Part shown: positions 55,576-64,000 of the stretch, one piece after another
Layout: each line of letters opens with the position of its first letter
Position numbering within the stretch: position 1 is the first letter of the stretch
Translations under genes and position numbers: made by a program
The notes under the pieces: model-generated
The model's input: the letters and a program-made list of their open reading frames with translations, nothing else
Told to the model about the DNA's origin: nothing
The model's database searches: none
From: Planctomycetota bacterium
GTDB taxonomy: Bacteria; Planctomycetota; B15-G4; JADJEK01
NCBI GenBank assembly: GCA_044225365.1
Contig: JBGAIQ010000006.1
Coordinates: 1-64,000 of the forward strand
Direction: 5' to 3'
Length of the DNA: 64,000 nucleotides

Positions 55576-56343
55576 TCACGCGTAGCCGAAGCGCTCGGCG
55601 TAGTCGCCCATCTCCTCGAAGATGTACTGCGCGTTGTGCCGCGCCACCTCGTCGGACTCGCGGGAATGGAGAGCCACGCGCGTGGCATCGATCTCCTTGC
55701 CGTGCTTGCCGCGATCGTTCGAATCGCCCCGAGTTCCGAGCAGGCCGACGCCGTGGACCGGGCTGCCGACGAATTCGCGGACCCTGTCGAGGAGCGACGG
55801 ATCGTTGCACACGTCCTCGTAGCGAACGACCGTGTGCGCGTGCCGCTCCATCAGCCCGAAGATCTCTGAGGTCTGTTCGCGCAGATAGGGCAGGAGCGTC
55901 TTCGTCTCGAACCACAGCTTGCCGCGGGAGAGCAGTTCCTTGCGCCGGTGATAGAGCGACAGATAGATGTCCCGCGGATCGCGGACGGTGACGACGACGC
56001 GCATGTCGGGAAACACCTTCGAGACGTCGACCGCGCCCGTGTGCGTGATCTCCTTCACGCCGATCTGCTCGATGTGGGGCGCGAGATCGTCGACCAACCG
56101 CTTGAACCGCGTGAGACCCGCGAGCGGCTCGAGATCCCGCATCTCCTTCTTGATCGCGACGATGTCGATCCCGAACGCCGCGAATGTCGGCGCGATCGCA
56201 GGATCGATCCGCAGCTTGCCGATACCGATGCGGGGTTCATGGAAGATGAAGCCCGCGGGCGGCGCGGACAAGAGTTCGCCGAGCATCGTCGATCCGGTTC
56301 GACGAAGCGACGCGATGTAGACGAAGGGGCGGCGCGGAGGCAT
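55576..56343 (-). CDS. Sulfotransferase family protein
   Basis: 5'-PSB-like RRTGSTML, FHEP, 3'-PB-like VRDPRD..S, VRYED. Confidence 0.8.
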   Translation of the reverse strand: MPPRRPFVYIASLRRTGSTMLGELLSAPPAGFIFHEPRIGIGKLRIDPAIAPTFAAFGIDIVAIKKEMRDLEPLAGLTRFKRLVDDLAPHIEQIGVKEITHTGAVDVSKVFPDMRVVVTVRDPRDIYLSLYHRRKELLSRGKLWFETKTLLPYLREQTSEIFGLMERHAHTVVRYEDVCNDPSLLDRVREFVGSPVHGVGLLGTRGDSNDRGKHGKEIDATRVALHSRESDEVARHNAQYIFEEMGDYAERFGYA

Positions 56344-56445
56344 GGGTATCGCGCGGAGATTACTCGCGCGGACCGCCCGTGCGATGGATGCTGTCGCGAA
56401 TTTCGAAGCGGCTATGATCCGACTCGTTCATACCTTCCTGGAACG

Positions 56446-57471
56446 ATGATGCCCTCGACCGCGATCCCTTCGCTGCTCGCATTCGCCAACGGCTCGCAGG
56501 CCTACGCGTATCTCGGCTTCCTCGCCTTGATCGGTTTCTTCCTCGCGCTCGACCTCGGCGTCTTCCATCGCGAAGCGCGCGAGATCACGTTCAAGGAATC
56601 GATCTTCTGGTCGATCGTGTGGTTCCTCGTCGCGCTCGGGTTCCTCCCCGTGATCGTTGCGGCCTACGACCACCATTGGTTCGGACTCGGGATCGACGTG
56701 CCCAAGCTCGGCGCGCCGGGCGTGACGGAGACGGTGACTGGACTGCAGGCGGCGAAGCAGTTCTTCACGGGGTACATGCTCGAGCGCGCGCTCGCGATGG
56801 ACAACACGTTCGTCATCGCGCTCGTGTTCGGATACCTCGCGATCCCTGCGCGCTTCCAGCATCGCGTGCTGTTCTGGGGCATCGTCGGCGCCGTCGTCAT
56901 GCGCGGGTTCATGATCTTCGCGGGCGCCGCGCTCGTCGCACGCTTTCACGCCGTGACGTACGTGTTCGCCGCGATCCTGATCTACACGGCCTTCAAGATG
57001 GCGGGCAGCGGTGACGAGGCCGCCGCCGATCCGTCGAACAACTCGGTCGTCCGCGGTTTGAAGAAGATCCTCCCCGTCACGGATCGGATCGACGGCGCTC
57101 GCTTCCTCACGCGCATCGAAGGGCGCACGCACGCGACACCGCTGCTCGTCGCACTCGTGATCGTCGAGATCACCGATCTCGTGTTCGCCGTCGACTCGAT
57201 CCCGGCGATCTTCGCCATCTCGGCCGATCCGTTCGTCCTGTTCACGTCGAACATCTTCGCGATCCTCGGCCTGCGCGCCCTCTACTTCTGCGTGGCCGCC
57301 CTGCTCTCGCGCTTCCGCTTCCTGAAGCCCGCGCTCGTCGTCGTGCTGTTCTTCGTCGGCGTGAAGATGCTGCTGGTGCAGACCTCGTACAACGTCGACG
57401 AGACCACCTCGCTGCTCATCGTCGTCGGAATCCTAGCAATCGGCGCGATCGCATCCGCGGCGGCGCCGTGA
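56446..57471 (+). CDS. TerC/Alx family membrane protein
   Basis: LALDLGVFHR, FFTGY.LE..L.MDN.FV, QHRVLFWG, DLVFAVDSIPAI, TSNIFAILGLRALYF. Confidence 0.93.
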   Translation: MMPSTAIPSLLAFANGSQAYAYLGFLALIGFFLALDLGVFHREAREITFKESIFWSIVWFLVALGFLPVIVAAYDHHWFGLGIDVPKLGAPGVTETVTGLQAAKQFFTGYMLERALAMDNTFVIALVFGYLAIPARFQHRVLFWGIVGAVVMRGFMIFAGAALVARFHAVTYVFAAILIYTAFKMAGSGDEAAADPSNNSVVRGLKKILPVTDRIDGARFLTRIEGRTHATPLLVALVIVEITDLVFAVDSIPAIFAISADPFVLFTSNIFAILGLRALYFCVAALLSRFRFLKPALVVVLFFVGVKMLLVQTSYNVDETTSLLIVVGILAIGAIASAAAP

Positions 57472-57479
57472 ACGCACCT

Positions 57480-57622
57480 GGACCGCCGCGCTCCAGCGCG
57501 GCTCCGTTTCCGCCCCGGCACGACTTAACGACAACGCCCGGACCGCCGCGCTCCAGCGCGGCTCCGTTTCCGCCCCGGCACACCGTAGTGACAACGCCTG
57601 GCACACAGCCGTGTGCCCCTAC
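57480..57622. repeat. Two 60-bp tandem units carrying a REP-like palindrome, followed by a GTAG-type REP
   Basis: GGACCGCCGCGCTCCAGCGCGGCTCCGTTTCCGCCCCGGCAC at 57480 and 57540; minus-strand GTAGG-GGCACAC-GGCT-GTGTGCC at 57600-57622. Confidence 0.85.
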
Positions 57623-57695
57623 ATGCCACCCGAGCACACCGCCGCGTGCCCGACATGCTTGACGCGGCGGCCATTGGGCTTTCAATCGTTCGCCG

Positions 57696-58898
57696 ATGCT
57701 CACCCTCGCAATGACCATCGATTCGAGCGTGCAGAGCGGCTTCGCCCTCATGGGCATCCCCGTCGAGTTCATCCTCTTCGGGATGACTCTCCTCTGCATC
57801 GCGCTCTTCCATCACAAGACAATGCAGATCGCCGTGGCAGGCCTGCTCGTGATCACGGCCTACGAGGTCGTGTTCCGCGATCTGCATCTCGTCGAGCACT
57901 ACCGACACGAAGCGCCGCTCCTCGTCAACCTCCTCGGCCTCCTCGTCGGGTTCGCAATCCTCTCCGAGCACTTCGCGAAGAGTCGCGTCCCCGACCTCCT
58001 CCCGAACATCCTGCCGAACGGCTGGCGCGGCGGCTTCGTTCTGCTGGTGCTCGTCTTCGTCCTCTCGACTTTCCTCGACAACATCGCCGCGGCGATGATC
58101 GGCGGCACGATCGCGAGCGTCGTGTTCAAGAAGCGCGTCCATCTCGGCTATCTCGCGGCAATCGTCGCGGCGAGCAATGCCGGCGGCGCGGGCTCGGTCA
58201 TCGGCGACACCACCACGACGATGATGTGGATCGCGAACGTGCCGTGGACGGCCGTCCTCCCCGCCTTCATCGCCTCGGGAACCGCGTTGCTCGCGTTCGG
58301 GATCGTCGCGGCGCGCCAACAGGATGGCTACCAGCGGATCACGGCCGACGCGCCCAAGGGCATCCGCGTCGATCGCGCATCACTCCTCGTCGTCGTCCTG
58401 ATCCTCGCCTGTGCGATCCTTGCCGCCTGGAAGTTCGACCTGCCCGCGCTCGGAGTCTGGACGGCAATCCTCCTCACTGCCGGAGTCCGGCGTCCGGCGT
58501 GGCACGAAGTCCCGACTGCGCTCAAGGGCTCGGTCTTCCTCCTCAGTCTCGTCGGCTGCGCTTCGATGATGCCGGTCGGGGCGTTGCCCGAGCCGAGCTG
58601 GCGGAGCACGCTCGGCCTCGGCTTCGTGTCGGCGGTCTTCGACAACATCCCGCTCACGAAGCTCGCTCTCGATCAAGGCGGTTACGACTGGGGTTTCCTG
58701 GCCTACGCGGTCGGGTTCGGCGGCTCGATGGTCTGGTTCGGATCGTCCGCGGGAGTCGCGATCTCCAACATCTTCCCGGAAGCCAAATCGGCCGGGGCGT
58801 GGCTCAAGAACGGTTACCACGTGGTCCTCGCCTACTTGATCGGGTACCTCGCGCTGCTGGGTGCGATGGGATGGCGCCCTGACCTCGTGCCGCGATGA
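57696..58898 (+). CDS. Ion-transporter superfamily permease (CitMHS/NhaD-like)
   Basis: Many TM helices; FLDNIAAA, ASNAGGAGSVIGDTTTTMMW, SAVFDNIPL, GFGGSMVWFGSSAGVA. Confidence 0.85.
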   Translation: MLTLAMTIDSSVQSGFALMGIPVEFILFGMTLLCIALFHHKTMQIAVAGLLVITAYEVVFRDLHLVEHYRHEAPLLVNLLGLLVGFAILSEHFAKSRVPDLLPNILPNGWRGGFVLLVLVFVLSTFLDNIAAAMIGGTIASVVFKKRVHLGYLAAIVAASNAGGAGSVIGDTTTTMMWIANVPWTAVLPAFIASGTALLAFGIVAARQQDGYQRITADAPKGIRVDRASLLVVVLILACAILAAWKFDLPALGVWTAILLTAGVRRPAWHEVPTALKGSVFLLSLVGCASMMPVGALPEPSWRSTLGLGFVSAVFDNIPLTKLALDQGGYDWGFLAYAVGFGGSMVWFGSSAGVAISNIFPEAKSAGAWLKNGYHVVLAYLIGYLALLGAMGWRPDLVPR

Positions 58899-58960
58899 GC
58901 TTCGAAGTCAGGCGATTGCGGGTGAGTCCTCGACTTGACCGCGTCCGCGGGTTCTGATGC

Positions 58961-60274
58961 ATGGCGATGTCCGGAGAGCAAGCGTTCGATTTCGAGGGCG
59001 TCGACCCCATCCTCTCGAAACTGCCCCGCGATTCCGCGGGTGGTTTTCGGATCGGGAACTGTCGTCTGGAGAAAGTGATCGGCTTCGGGGGAATGGGTCG
59101 CGTCTATCGCGGCTGGCACAAGAACCTCGAAGTCCCGGTCGCGATCAAGTGCTTGCATCTCGCGAACACCGGTTCGAATCCGCGCATGGCTCTCGATCGC
59201 TTCAAGCGTGAAGCAAAGCTCGCCGCCCTCGTCTCCCACGAGAACCTGATCCGCGTCTACGACTCAGGCGAAGAGCGCGGGATCCACTACATCGTGATGG
59301 AACTCGTCGAGGGCGAGACCTCGCGCGCGCGCGTCGATCGCAAGGGTCGGCTCGAACTGTTCGAAGCGCTCGCGATCGTTCACGGCGTGATCAAGGCGCT
59401 GAAAGCCGCACACGAGCAGAATCTGATCCATCGCGACATCAAGCCGGGCAACATCCTCATTTCGCGCGAAGCGAAGATCAAACTCGCCGATCTCGGTCTC
59501 GCCAAGTCGCTCGATCAGAGCGCGCTCGAACTCACGTTGAAGGGCAGCAAGCTCGGCACGCCGCGCTACGCCGCACCCGAACAATGGCAGGACGCGTCCG
59601 AGGCGACTCCCGCGACGGACATCTACGCCGTCGGCGCCGTCCTCTACTTCTTCATCACGGGTGAGGACGGCATTCAGGGCGACAGCGCGCTCGAGGTGAT
59701 CGCGAACACGTGCCGGCGCGGCTTCCCGCGACTCGCAACGACGCACGCGGGGTTCCCGCCCGAGATCGATCAGTTCATCGCGAAGTGCACGGCGCTGCGA
59801 CCCGAGGATCGATTCCAGAACGCGACGGAGATGCTGCGTCACTTCGAACCGATGGTGCGCAAGCTGCGCGAACGCCGCGGCCCACCGCCGGCGGGAGGCA
59901 GATCCACGGGAGCGCCGCTCTCGACGCCCGCGGGACGCGCACCGCAGCCCGTGAAGCGAGCGCAGCCCGCGAGCCCGCCGTCGCCCGCTCGGCGCGTCTT
60001 CGAATCCGCGCCCTCCGGCGCGACCGAATTCGATCCCGAAGAGGGCGGCGCCGAAGAGGCTCCGAGCATGGAGGGCGGCCATCGGCGCTTCCTGACCTTC
60101 ATCGGGATGTTCGGCATCCTGGTGTATTCGATCCTGCTCTGGCTCGCCGGGCAGCGCCATCGCGGCGTGCTCGCTGCGGGCGTGGCCCTCGCCGCCGTCA
60201 TCGCCGTGCTCCTCGTCGTCTACCGTCGGCGCGCGAAGCGGCGAAAGCTCGCCGCCGCAGCGGGTGAGGGTTGA
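58961..60274 (+). CDS. Ser/Thr protein kinase with two C-terminal TM helices
   Basis: GFGGMGRVY, VAIK, HRDIKPGN, DLG, GTPRYAAPE, DIYAVG; Pro-rich linker then two hydrophobic helices. Confidence 0.92.
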   Translation: MAMSGEQAFDFEGVDPILSKLPRDSAGGFRIGNCRLEKVIGFGGMGRVYRGWHKNLEVPVAIKCLHLANTGSNPRMALDRFKREAKLAALVSHENLIRVYDSGEERGIHYIVMELVEGETSRARVDRKGRLELFEALAIVHGVIKALKAAHEQNLIHRDIKPGNILISREAKIKLADLGLAKSLDQSALELTLKGSKLGTPRYAAPEQWQDASEATPATDIYAVGAVLYFFITGEDGIQGDSALEVIANTCRRGFPRLATTHAGFPPEIDQFIAKCTALRPEDRFQNATEMLRHFEPMVRKLRERRGPPPAGGRSTGAPLSTPAGRAPQPVKRAQPASPPSPARRVFESAPSGATEFDPEEGGAEEAPSMEGGHRRFLTFIGMFGILVYSILLWLAGQRHRGVLAAGVALAAVIAVLLVVYRRRAKRRKLAAAAGEG

Positions 60275-61527
60275 GCAACCGCCCGCCGCCGCCTCGTCCC
60301 TTCGTCACGTCGTCGATCCCCGGAATCGGCGGCGCGTTGCGCCGGACGCCCGACGATTTCGTGGTGAGGGAGATCCTGAAGCGACGCCCGATCCGAAGCG
60401 GCGCCTGCGCCTGGGTGGAGATCGAGAAGCGCGGGATCTCGACACCCGAACTGCTCCGCAGACTCGGCTCGGCGCTGCGAACGAAGACCGCCGACCTGCA
60501 CGCCGCGGGATACAAGGACGCCGACGCCGTCACGACGCAGTGGATCTCCGTGCCCGCGCGCTTCGCGAGCAGCATCGCGAAACTCGATGCCTCGAGCCTC
60601 CCCGATGCACGGGTGCTCGGGCTCGAACTCGATCACGCTCCGCTCGATTCATCCCTCATCGCAGCGAACTCGTTCCGCATCACGATTCGTGATGTGAGCG
60701 ACGCGGAGGGAACGCTCGCGCGAGTGACCTCGATGCTCGACGAACTCGGACGACGTGGGATCCCGAATTTCTACGGCGCGCAACGATTCGGCCTGCGCGG
60801 CGAATCGGCAAGAGTCGGCGCCGCGCTGCTCGAGGGCGATCTCCTCCGCGCGCTCGATCTCGTGCTCGGCTCGCCCAGCGACCGCGAACTCGATCCGCGC
60901 GCTCGCGTCTTCCGTGAGGCCTACGAAGCGGGCGATCACTCGACGGCCCTCGCGAATTGCCCCGGCGCGCTCCGCGTGGAGTTTCGACTGCTCGAAGCGC
61001 TCGCTCGCGGCAAACCGAAGGAGGTCGTCGCTCGCGAGATCCCGGCGCAGCAGCAGCGGTTCTATCTCTCCGCGTGGCAGTCGCTGCTCTTCAACCGCGT
61101 GCTGGCGGCGCGGCTCGCTTCGTTCGACACGATCCTGGAGGGCGATCTCGTCGTCGATGCGAGACAGAAACTATGGGACAGTCGCTCGCTGCCGCCGAAC
61201 GCGAAGGGAATGGAGTTCACGCCCACGGGCCCGTTGTTCGGCGAACGCGTGCCGCTCGCGGACGGCGAGCCCGGTCGCATCGAACGCCAGGTGCTGCGCG
61301 ACGCGGGCTACTCCGACATCGCGGCATTGGCCACATCGAAAGCGAGGACGCGCCTTCCCTTCCACGGCGAACGCCGCCCGTTGCGTGTGCCGATCTCGAA
61401 CGTCTCGACGGAGCTTTGCGAGGATCCGAACTCGATCCTCGTTTCGTTCGACCTGCCATCGGGCGCATTCGCGACGACGCTCCTCGCCGAACTGATGAAG
61501 ACCGAACCGCCGATCGTGGAATCGTGA
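60271..61527 (+). CDS. truD: tRNA pseudouridine(13) synthase
   Basis: PDDFVVREI, AGYKDADAVTTQW, NSF.I.IR, PNFYGAQRFG, SAWQSLLFN, GERRP, FDLPSGAFAT..L.E. Confidence 0.93.
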   Translation: MSNRPPPPRPFVTSSIPGIGGALRRTPDDFVVREILKRRPIRSGACAWVEIEKRGISTPELLRRLGSALRTKTADLHAAGYKDADAVTTQWISVPARFASSIAKLDASSLPDARVLGLELDHAPLDSSLIAANSFRITIRDVSDAEGTLARVTSMLDELGRRGIPNFYGAQRFGLRGESARVGAALLEGDLLRALDLVLGSPSDRELDPRARVFREAYEAGDHSTALANCPGALRVEFRLLEALARGKPKEVVAREIPAQQQRFYLSAWQSLLFNRVLAARLASFDTILEGDLVVDARQKLWDSRSLPPNAKGMEFTPTGPLFGERVPLADGEPGRIERQVLRDAGYSDIAALATSKARTRLPFHGERRPLRVPISNVSTELCEDPNSILVSFDLPSGAFATTLLAELMKTEPPIVES

Positions 61528-61530
61528 ACT

Positions 61531-61556
61531 CGACGGGATCGCCCTCGATCCCGTCG
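61531..61556. terminator. Hairpin between convergent truD and M28 peptidase
   Basis: CGACGGGATCG-CCCT-CGATCCCGTCG, perfect 11-bp stem. Confidence 0.65.
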
Positions 61557-61561
61557 CCGTT

Positions 61562-62980
61562 TCACTTCGCTTCGGGCGGAGCCTGCCGTGGCAGCGTTCC
61601 GTCCATCTCGGCGAGCGCATAGACGATCGCGGCGACGGCTGCGGCGTGGCGTGCGAGTTCCTTCGGGTTCACCTTGTCGAGCGTGTCGGCTTCGGTGTGG
61701 TGATACTTGAAGTACGTACGCCCGTCCGAGTTGACCCCGAGCATCGGTACGTTCCCACTGCGCATCGGACCGATGTCCGCCCCGCCTCCGCCCGAGCCGA
61801 TCTTGAGATCGCCGAGTCCCTTCAGGGCCGCGAAGAAGTTCTTCACCGTCTCGAGTCCGCCTTCACCCGCGCTCACTCCGAGACCTTCGAGTCCGAACGC
61901 GCCGGAGTCCATCTCGAGCGCGGCGACGTGGCGCGACAACTCGCTCGCCATCGCCTTGGCGTACGCATTGCCGCCCGCGACGCCGTTCTCCTCGTTCATG
62001 AACATCACGCAGCGCACGGTTCGCTTCGGCCGTAGGTTCAGTTCCTTCAGGATGCGGATCGTCTCGAGCGAGCACACGACGCCGACGCCGTCGTCCGACG
62101 CGCCTTGCCCGACGTCCCACGAATCGAGATGCCCGCCGAGCACGACGACTTCCTCGGGACGCTCGCGACCCGTGATCTCGCCGAGCACGTTGGAGGACGG
62201 GACCGTGCCTTCGTCACTGCACGACAACTTGAGATTGAGCGTGACCTTGCCCCGCCGTTCGACGAGTCGCGCGATCAGATCCGCATCCTCGGCGGAGAGC
62301 GCCGCGTGCGGGATCTTCTTCACGCCGTCCTCGTAGCGCATCATTCCGGTGTGCGGCAGGCGATACTCGCCGCCCTTGGTGCCGACCGAACGGATCACCG
62401 ACGCGATGGCGCCCACCTTCGCCGCCTCGACCGCGCCGTTCGTGCGCTGCGCGACAACGGTGCCGTAGCCCATCTCCTTGCCGTTCTCGTCGAGCTCACC
62501 CATCGCGCGATTGAAGAGCACGATCTTGCCCTTCGCCTCGTCCGCGCGCTTCTTCAGCTCGTCGAACGTCTTCACCACGATGACGTCGCCCGTGATCCCG
62601 TCGCGCGGCGTCGCGATCGAACCGCCGAGGGCGAGTACTTTGAGATGCTGCAAGGACGGTGCGACGATCGTCGCTTCCTGCACGTCTCCGCGCACCCACT
62701 TCGGAACCATCACATCCTGGAGCTGGACCTTGTCGGCCCCAGCGCGCTGCAGTGCATCCTTGCCCCAGGCGACCGCCTTCGCGGCGCCCGGTGAACCCGA
62801 CAGTCGATTCCCGACGTCGTCGCACAATTCCGTGAGCGACGCGTACGCCTTGCCGTTCGCGAGTTCCGCGTCGACGATCTTCTGGGCGGCCTCGATGATC
62901 CGCGGCGGGATCTCGCTGCCTTGCGGAGCGAGTGGAGGAAGCGCAACGACGAGAGCAGCGATCGCGACCGAAAGCGTCAT
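61562..62980 (-). CDS. Secreted M28 metallopeptidase with PA domain (carboxypeptidase Q-like)
   Basis: Signal peptide; GNRLSGS, WVRG, PHTG, GGHLDSWDVGQGASDDG, NEENG, EMDSG, YFKYHHT.ADT. Confidence 0.92.
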   Translation of the reverse strand: MTLSVAIAALVVALPPLAPQGSEIPPRIIEAAQKIVDAELANGKAYASLTELCDDVGNRLSGSPGAAKAVAWGKDALQRAGADKVQLQDVMVPKWVRGDVQEATIVAPSLQHLKVLALGGSIATPRDGITGDVIVVKTFDELKKRADEAKGKIVLFNRAMGELDENGKEMGYGTVVAQRTNGAVEAAKVGAIASVIRSVGTKGGEYRLPHTGMMRYEDGVKKIPHAALSAEDADLIARLVERRGKVTLNLKLSCSDEGTVPSSNVLGEITGRERPEEVVVLGGHLDSWDVGQGASDDGVGVVCSLETIRILKELNLRPKRTVRCVMFMNEENGVAGGNAYAKAMASELSRHVAALEMDSGAFGLEGLGVSAGEGGLETVKNFFAALKGLGDLKIGSGGGGADIGPMRSGNVPMLGVNSDGRTYFKYHHTEADTLDKVNPKELARHAAAVAAIVYALAEMDGTLPRQAPPEAK

Positions 62981-63094
62981 GGGTAATCTCCGGCGGAGGA
63001 AGCGCGGCAGTGTAGCGATCCTCGGCAAATCCTGTCGGCTTGTGCGGAAGAGGACTCGTCGCGTATGGTGCGATCCTCCCGAACCGAAGAATCG

Positions 63095-63625
63095 ATGAAC
63101 TCGAAGTCGCTCCTCCCCGTCGTCACCACCCTCCTCGCTCACGCATTGGTCTGGGCCCTCGCGATCCATCTGTGGCCGACGCTGCCGGAGCGACTGCCGA
63201 TGAAGTTCGACCTCGCCGGGAATCCGACGCGCTGGGTCGAGGCCGAGGGTGGCGACTGGTTCGCGCTGCCGGCGCTCGCGACGCTCATCACGACGTGGCT
63301 GCTCGCGCTCGGGCCCGGCATCCGTTTCCTCGCCCGCCAGAATCCGGAGTGGATCAACGTGCCGAGCAAGGAACGCTTCCTGGAGGCCTCGCCCGCCGCC
63401 CGCGTCGACGCCATGCGTCCGATCATCGATGCCCTGCGATGGATGGCGACGCTCATCAACCTCCTGTTCGCGTGGATCCTGCTCGGGATGGAGCGCGTCG
63501 GCAGCAATCTGTGGACGAAACTGCCGCCGTGGCCGCTCTTCGTCTTCCTCGCGCTCCTCGCGGCGGTGCTCGTCCCTGGAATCCTCGGTACGACTCGGCT
63601 CGTCCGCGAGGGCAGGGCGGAGTGA
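63095..63625 (+). CDS. DUF1648 domain membrane protein
   Basis: TM then WPTLPERLPMKFDLAGNPTRW; four TM helices. Confidence 0.8.
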   Translation: MNSKSLLPVVTTLLAHALVWALAIHLWPTLPERLPMKFDLAGNPTRWVEAEGGDWFALPALATLITTWLLALGPGIRFLARQNPEWINVPSKERFLEASPAARVDAMRPIIDALRWMATLINLLFAWILLGMERVGSNLWTKLPPWPLFVFLALLAAVLVPGILGTTRLVREGRAE

Positions 63626-63671
63626 TTCTCCCGCTGTCGCTTCGTCGCCTCCTGACGTAGCATCCCATCTC

Positions 63672-64000
63672 ATGATTCGCGCGGGCGTGTTCTTCCTCCT
63701 CCTCCTTCGCACGGCTGGCGCGCAGGACGCCGAGCCGAAGCAGTCCGCAGACGAAAGACCTCCGCTCGAGATCCGCGTCAATCGCGCCGTCGATCGCGGA
63801 TGCGCGCAACTCCTCACCAAGCAGGACGACAACGGCGGCTTCGGCACCGGCGACAAGGTGCATCGCATCGGGCGAACGTCCCTGACCCTGCTCGCGCTGC
63901 TCCACGGTGGCGTGTCGATCGCCGACCCGAAGGTCGTGCGTGCGCTCGATTACCTGTTCACGCAGTTGAACTCCGCGCAGCGCACGCGAGCGCCGGGCGA
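63672..64000 (+). CDS. Secreted prenyltransferase/squalene-cyclase repeat protein, 5' part, truncated by window edge
   Basis: Hand translation MIRAGVFFLLLLRTAGAQD..VNRAVDRGCAQLLTKQDDNGGF..GRTSLTLLALLHGG..VVRALDYL (QW-like alpha/alpha repeat). Confidence 0.7.
   Translation, partial: MIRAGVFFLLLLRTAGAQDAEPKQSADERPPLEIRVNRAVDRGCAQLLTKQDDNGGFGTGDKVHRIGRTSLTLLALLHGGVSIADPKVVRALDYLFTQLNSAQRTRAPG

Noticed and set aside
56446-57471. Tellurite-resistance operon or yybP-ykoY riboswitch-controlled alx
   Set aside because: Lone TerC-family gene with no other ter genes; the roughly 100-bp upstream gap shows no riboswitch I can recognise.
57480-57599. CRISPR array
   Set aside because: Two units with only about 8 variable nt, far too short for spacers; no cas genes.

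Overview
GC-rich, gene-dense chromosomal window, most likely from a Planctomycetota bacterium (DUF1501 + PSD1/planctomycete cytochrome c pair, planctomycete-type ECF sigma/Ser-Thr kinase pair). About 55 CDSs can be supported. They include housekeeping genes (mutM 5' part, fbaA, nth, acpH, rocD, trmL, malQ, tcdA, tatD, truD), a complete kdpFABC/kdpDE locus, a four-lipoprotein operon (COG3014-like, YcfL-like, two LpoB-like paralogues), and a long minus-strand run linking CsgG/FlgT-like envelope proteins to a kinase, an ECF sigma, a hydrolase and a two-component system. I saw no rRNA, tRNA, CRISPR-Cas, integrase or transposase. Most notable observations: (1) an orphan secretin-family gene translationally coupled to kdpC, between kdpC and kdpD, with no secretion or pilus genes in the window; (2) a candidate structured sRNA at about 48.64-48.82 kb with its own sigma70-like promoter, an 8-nt-period TTCCCT repeat loop and a long 3' hairpin; (3) a REP-like palindrome family at two loci 55 kb apart with a compensatory base-pair swap. 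All family calls come from motif recognition by eye; no database searches were run.
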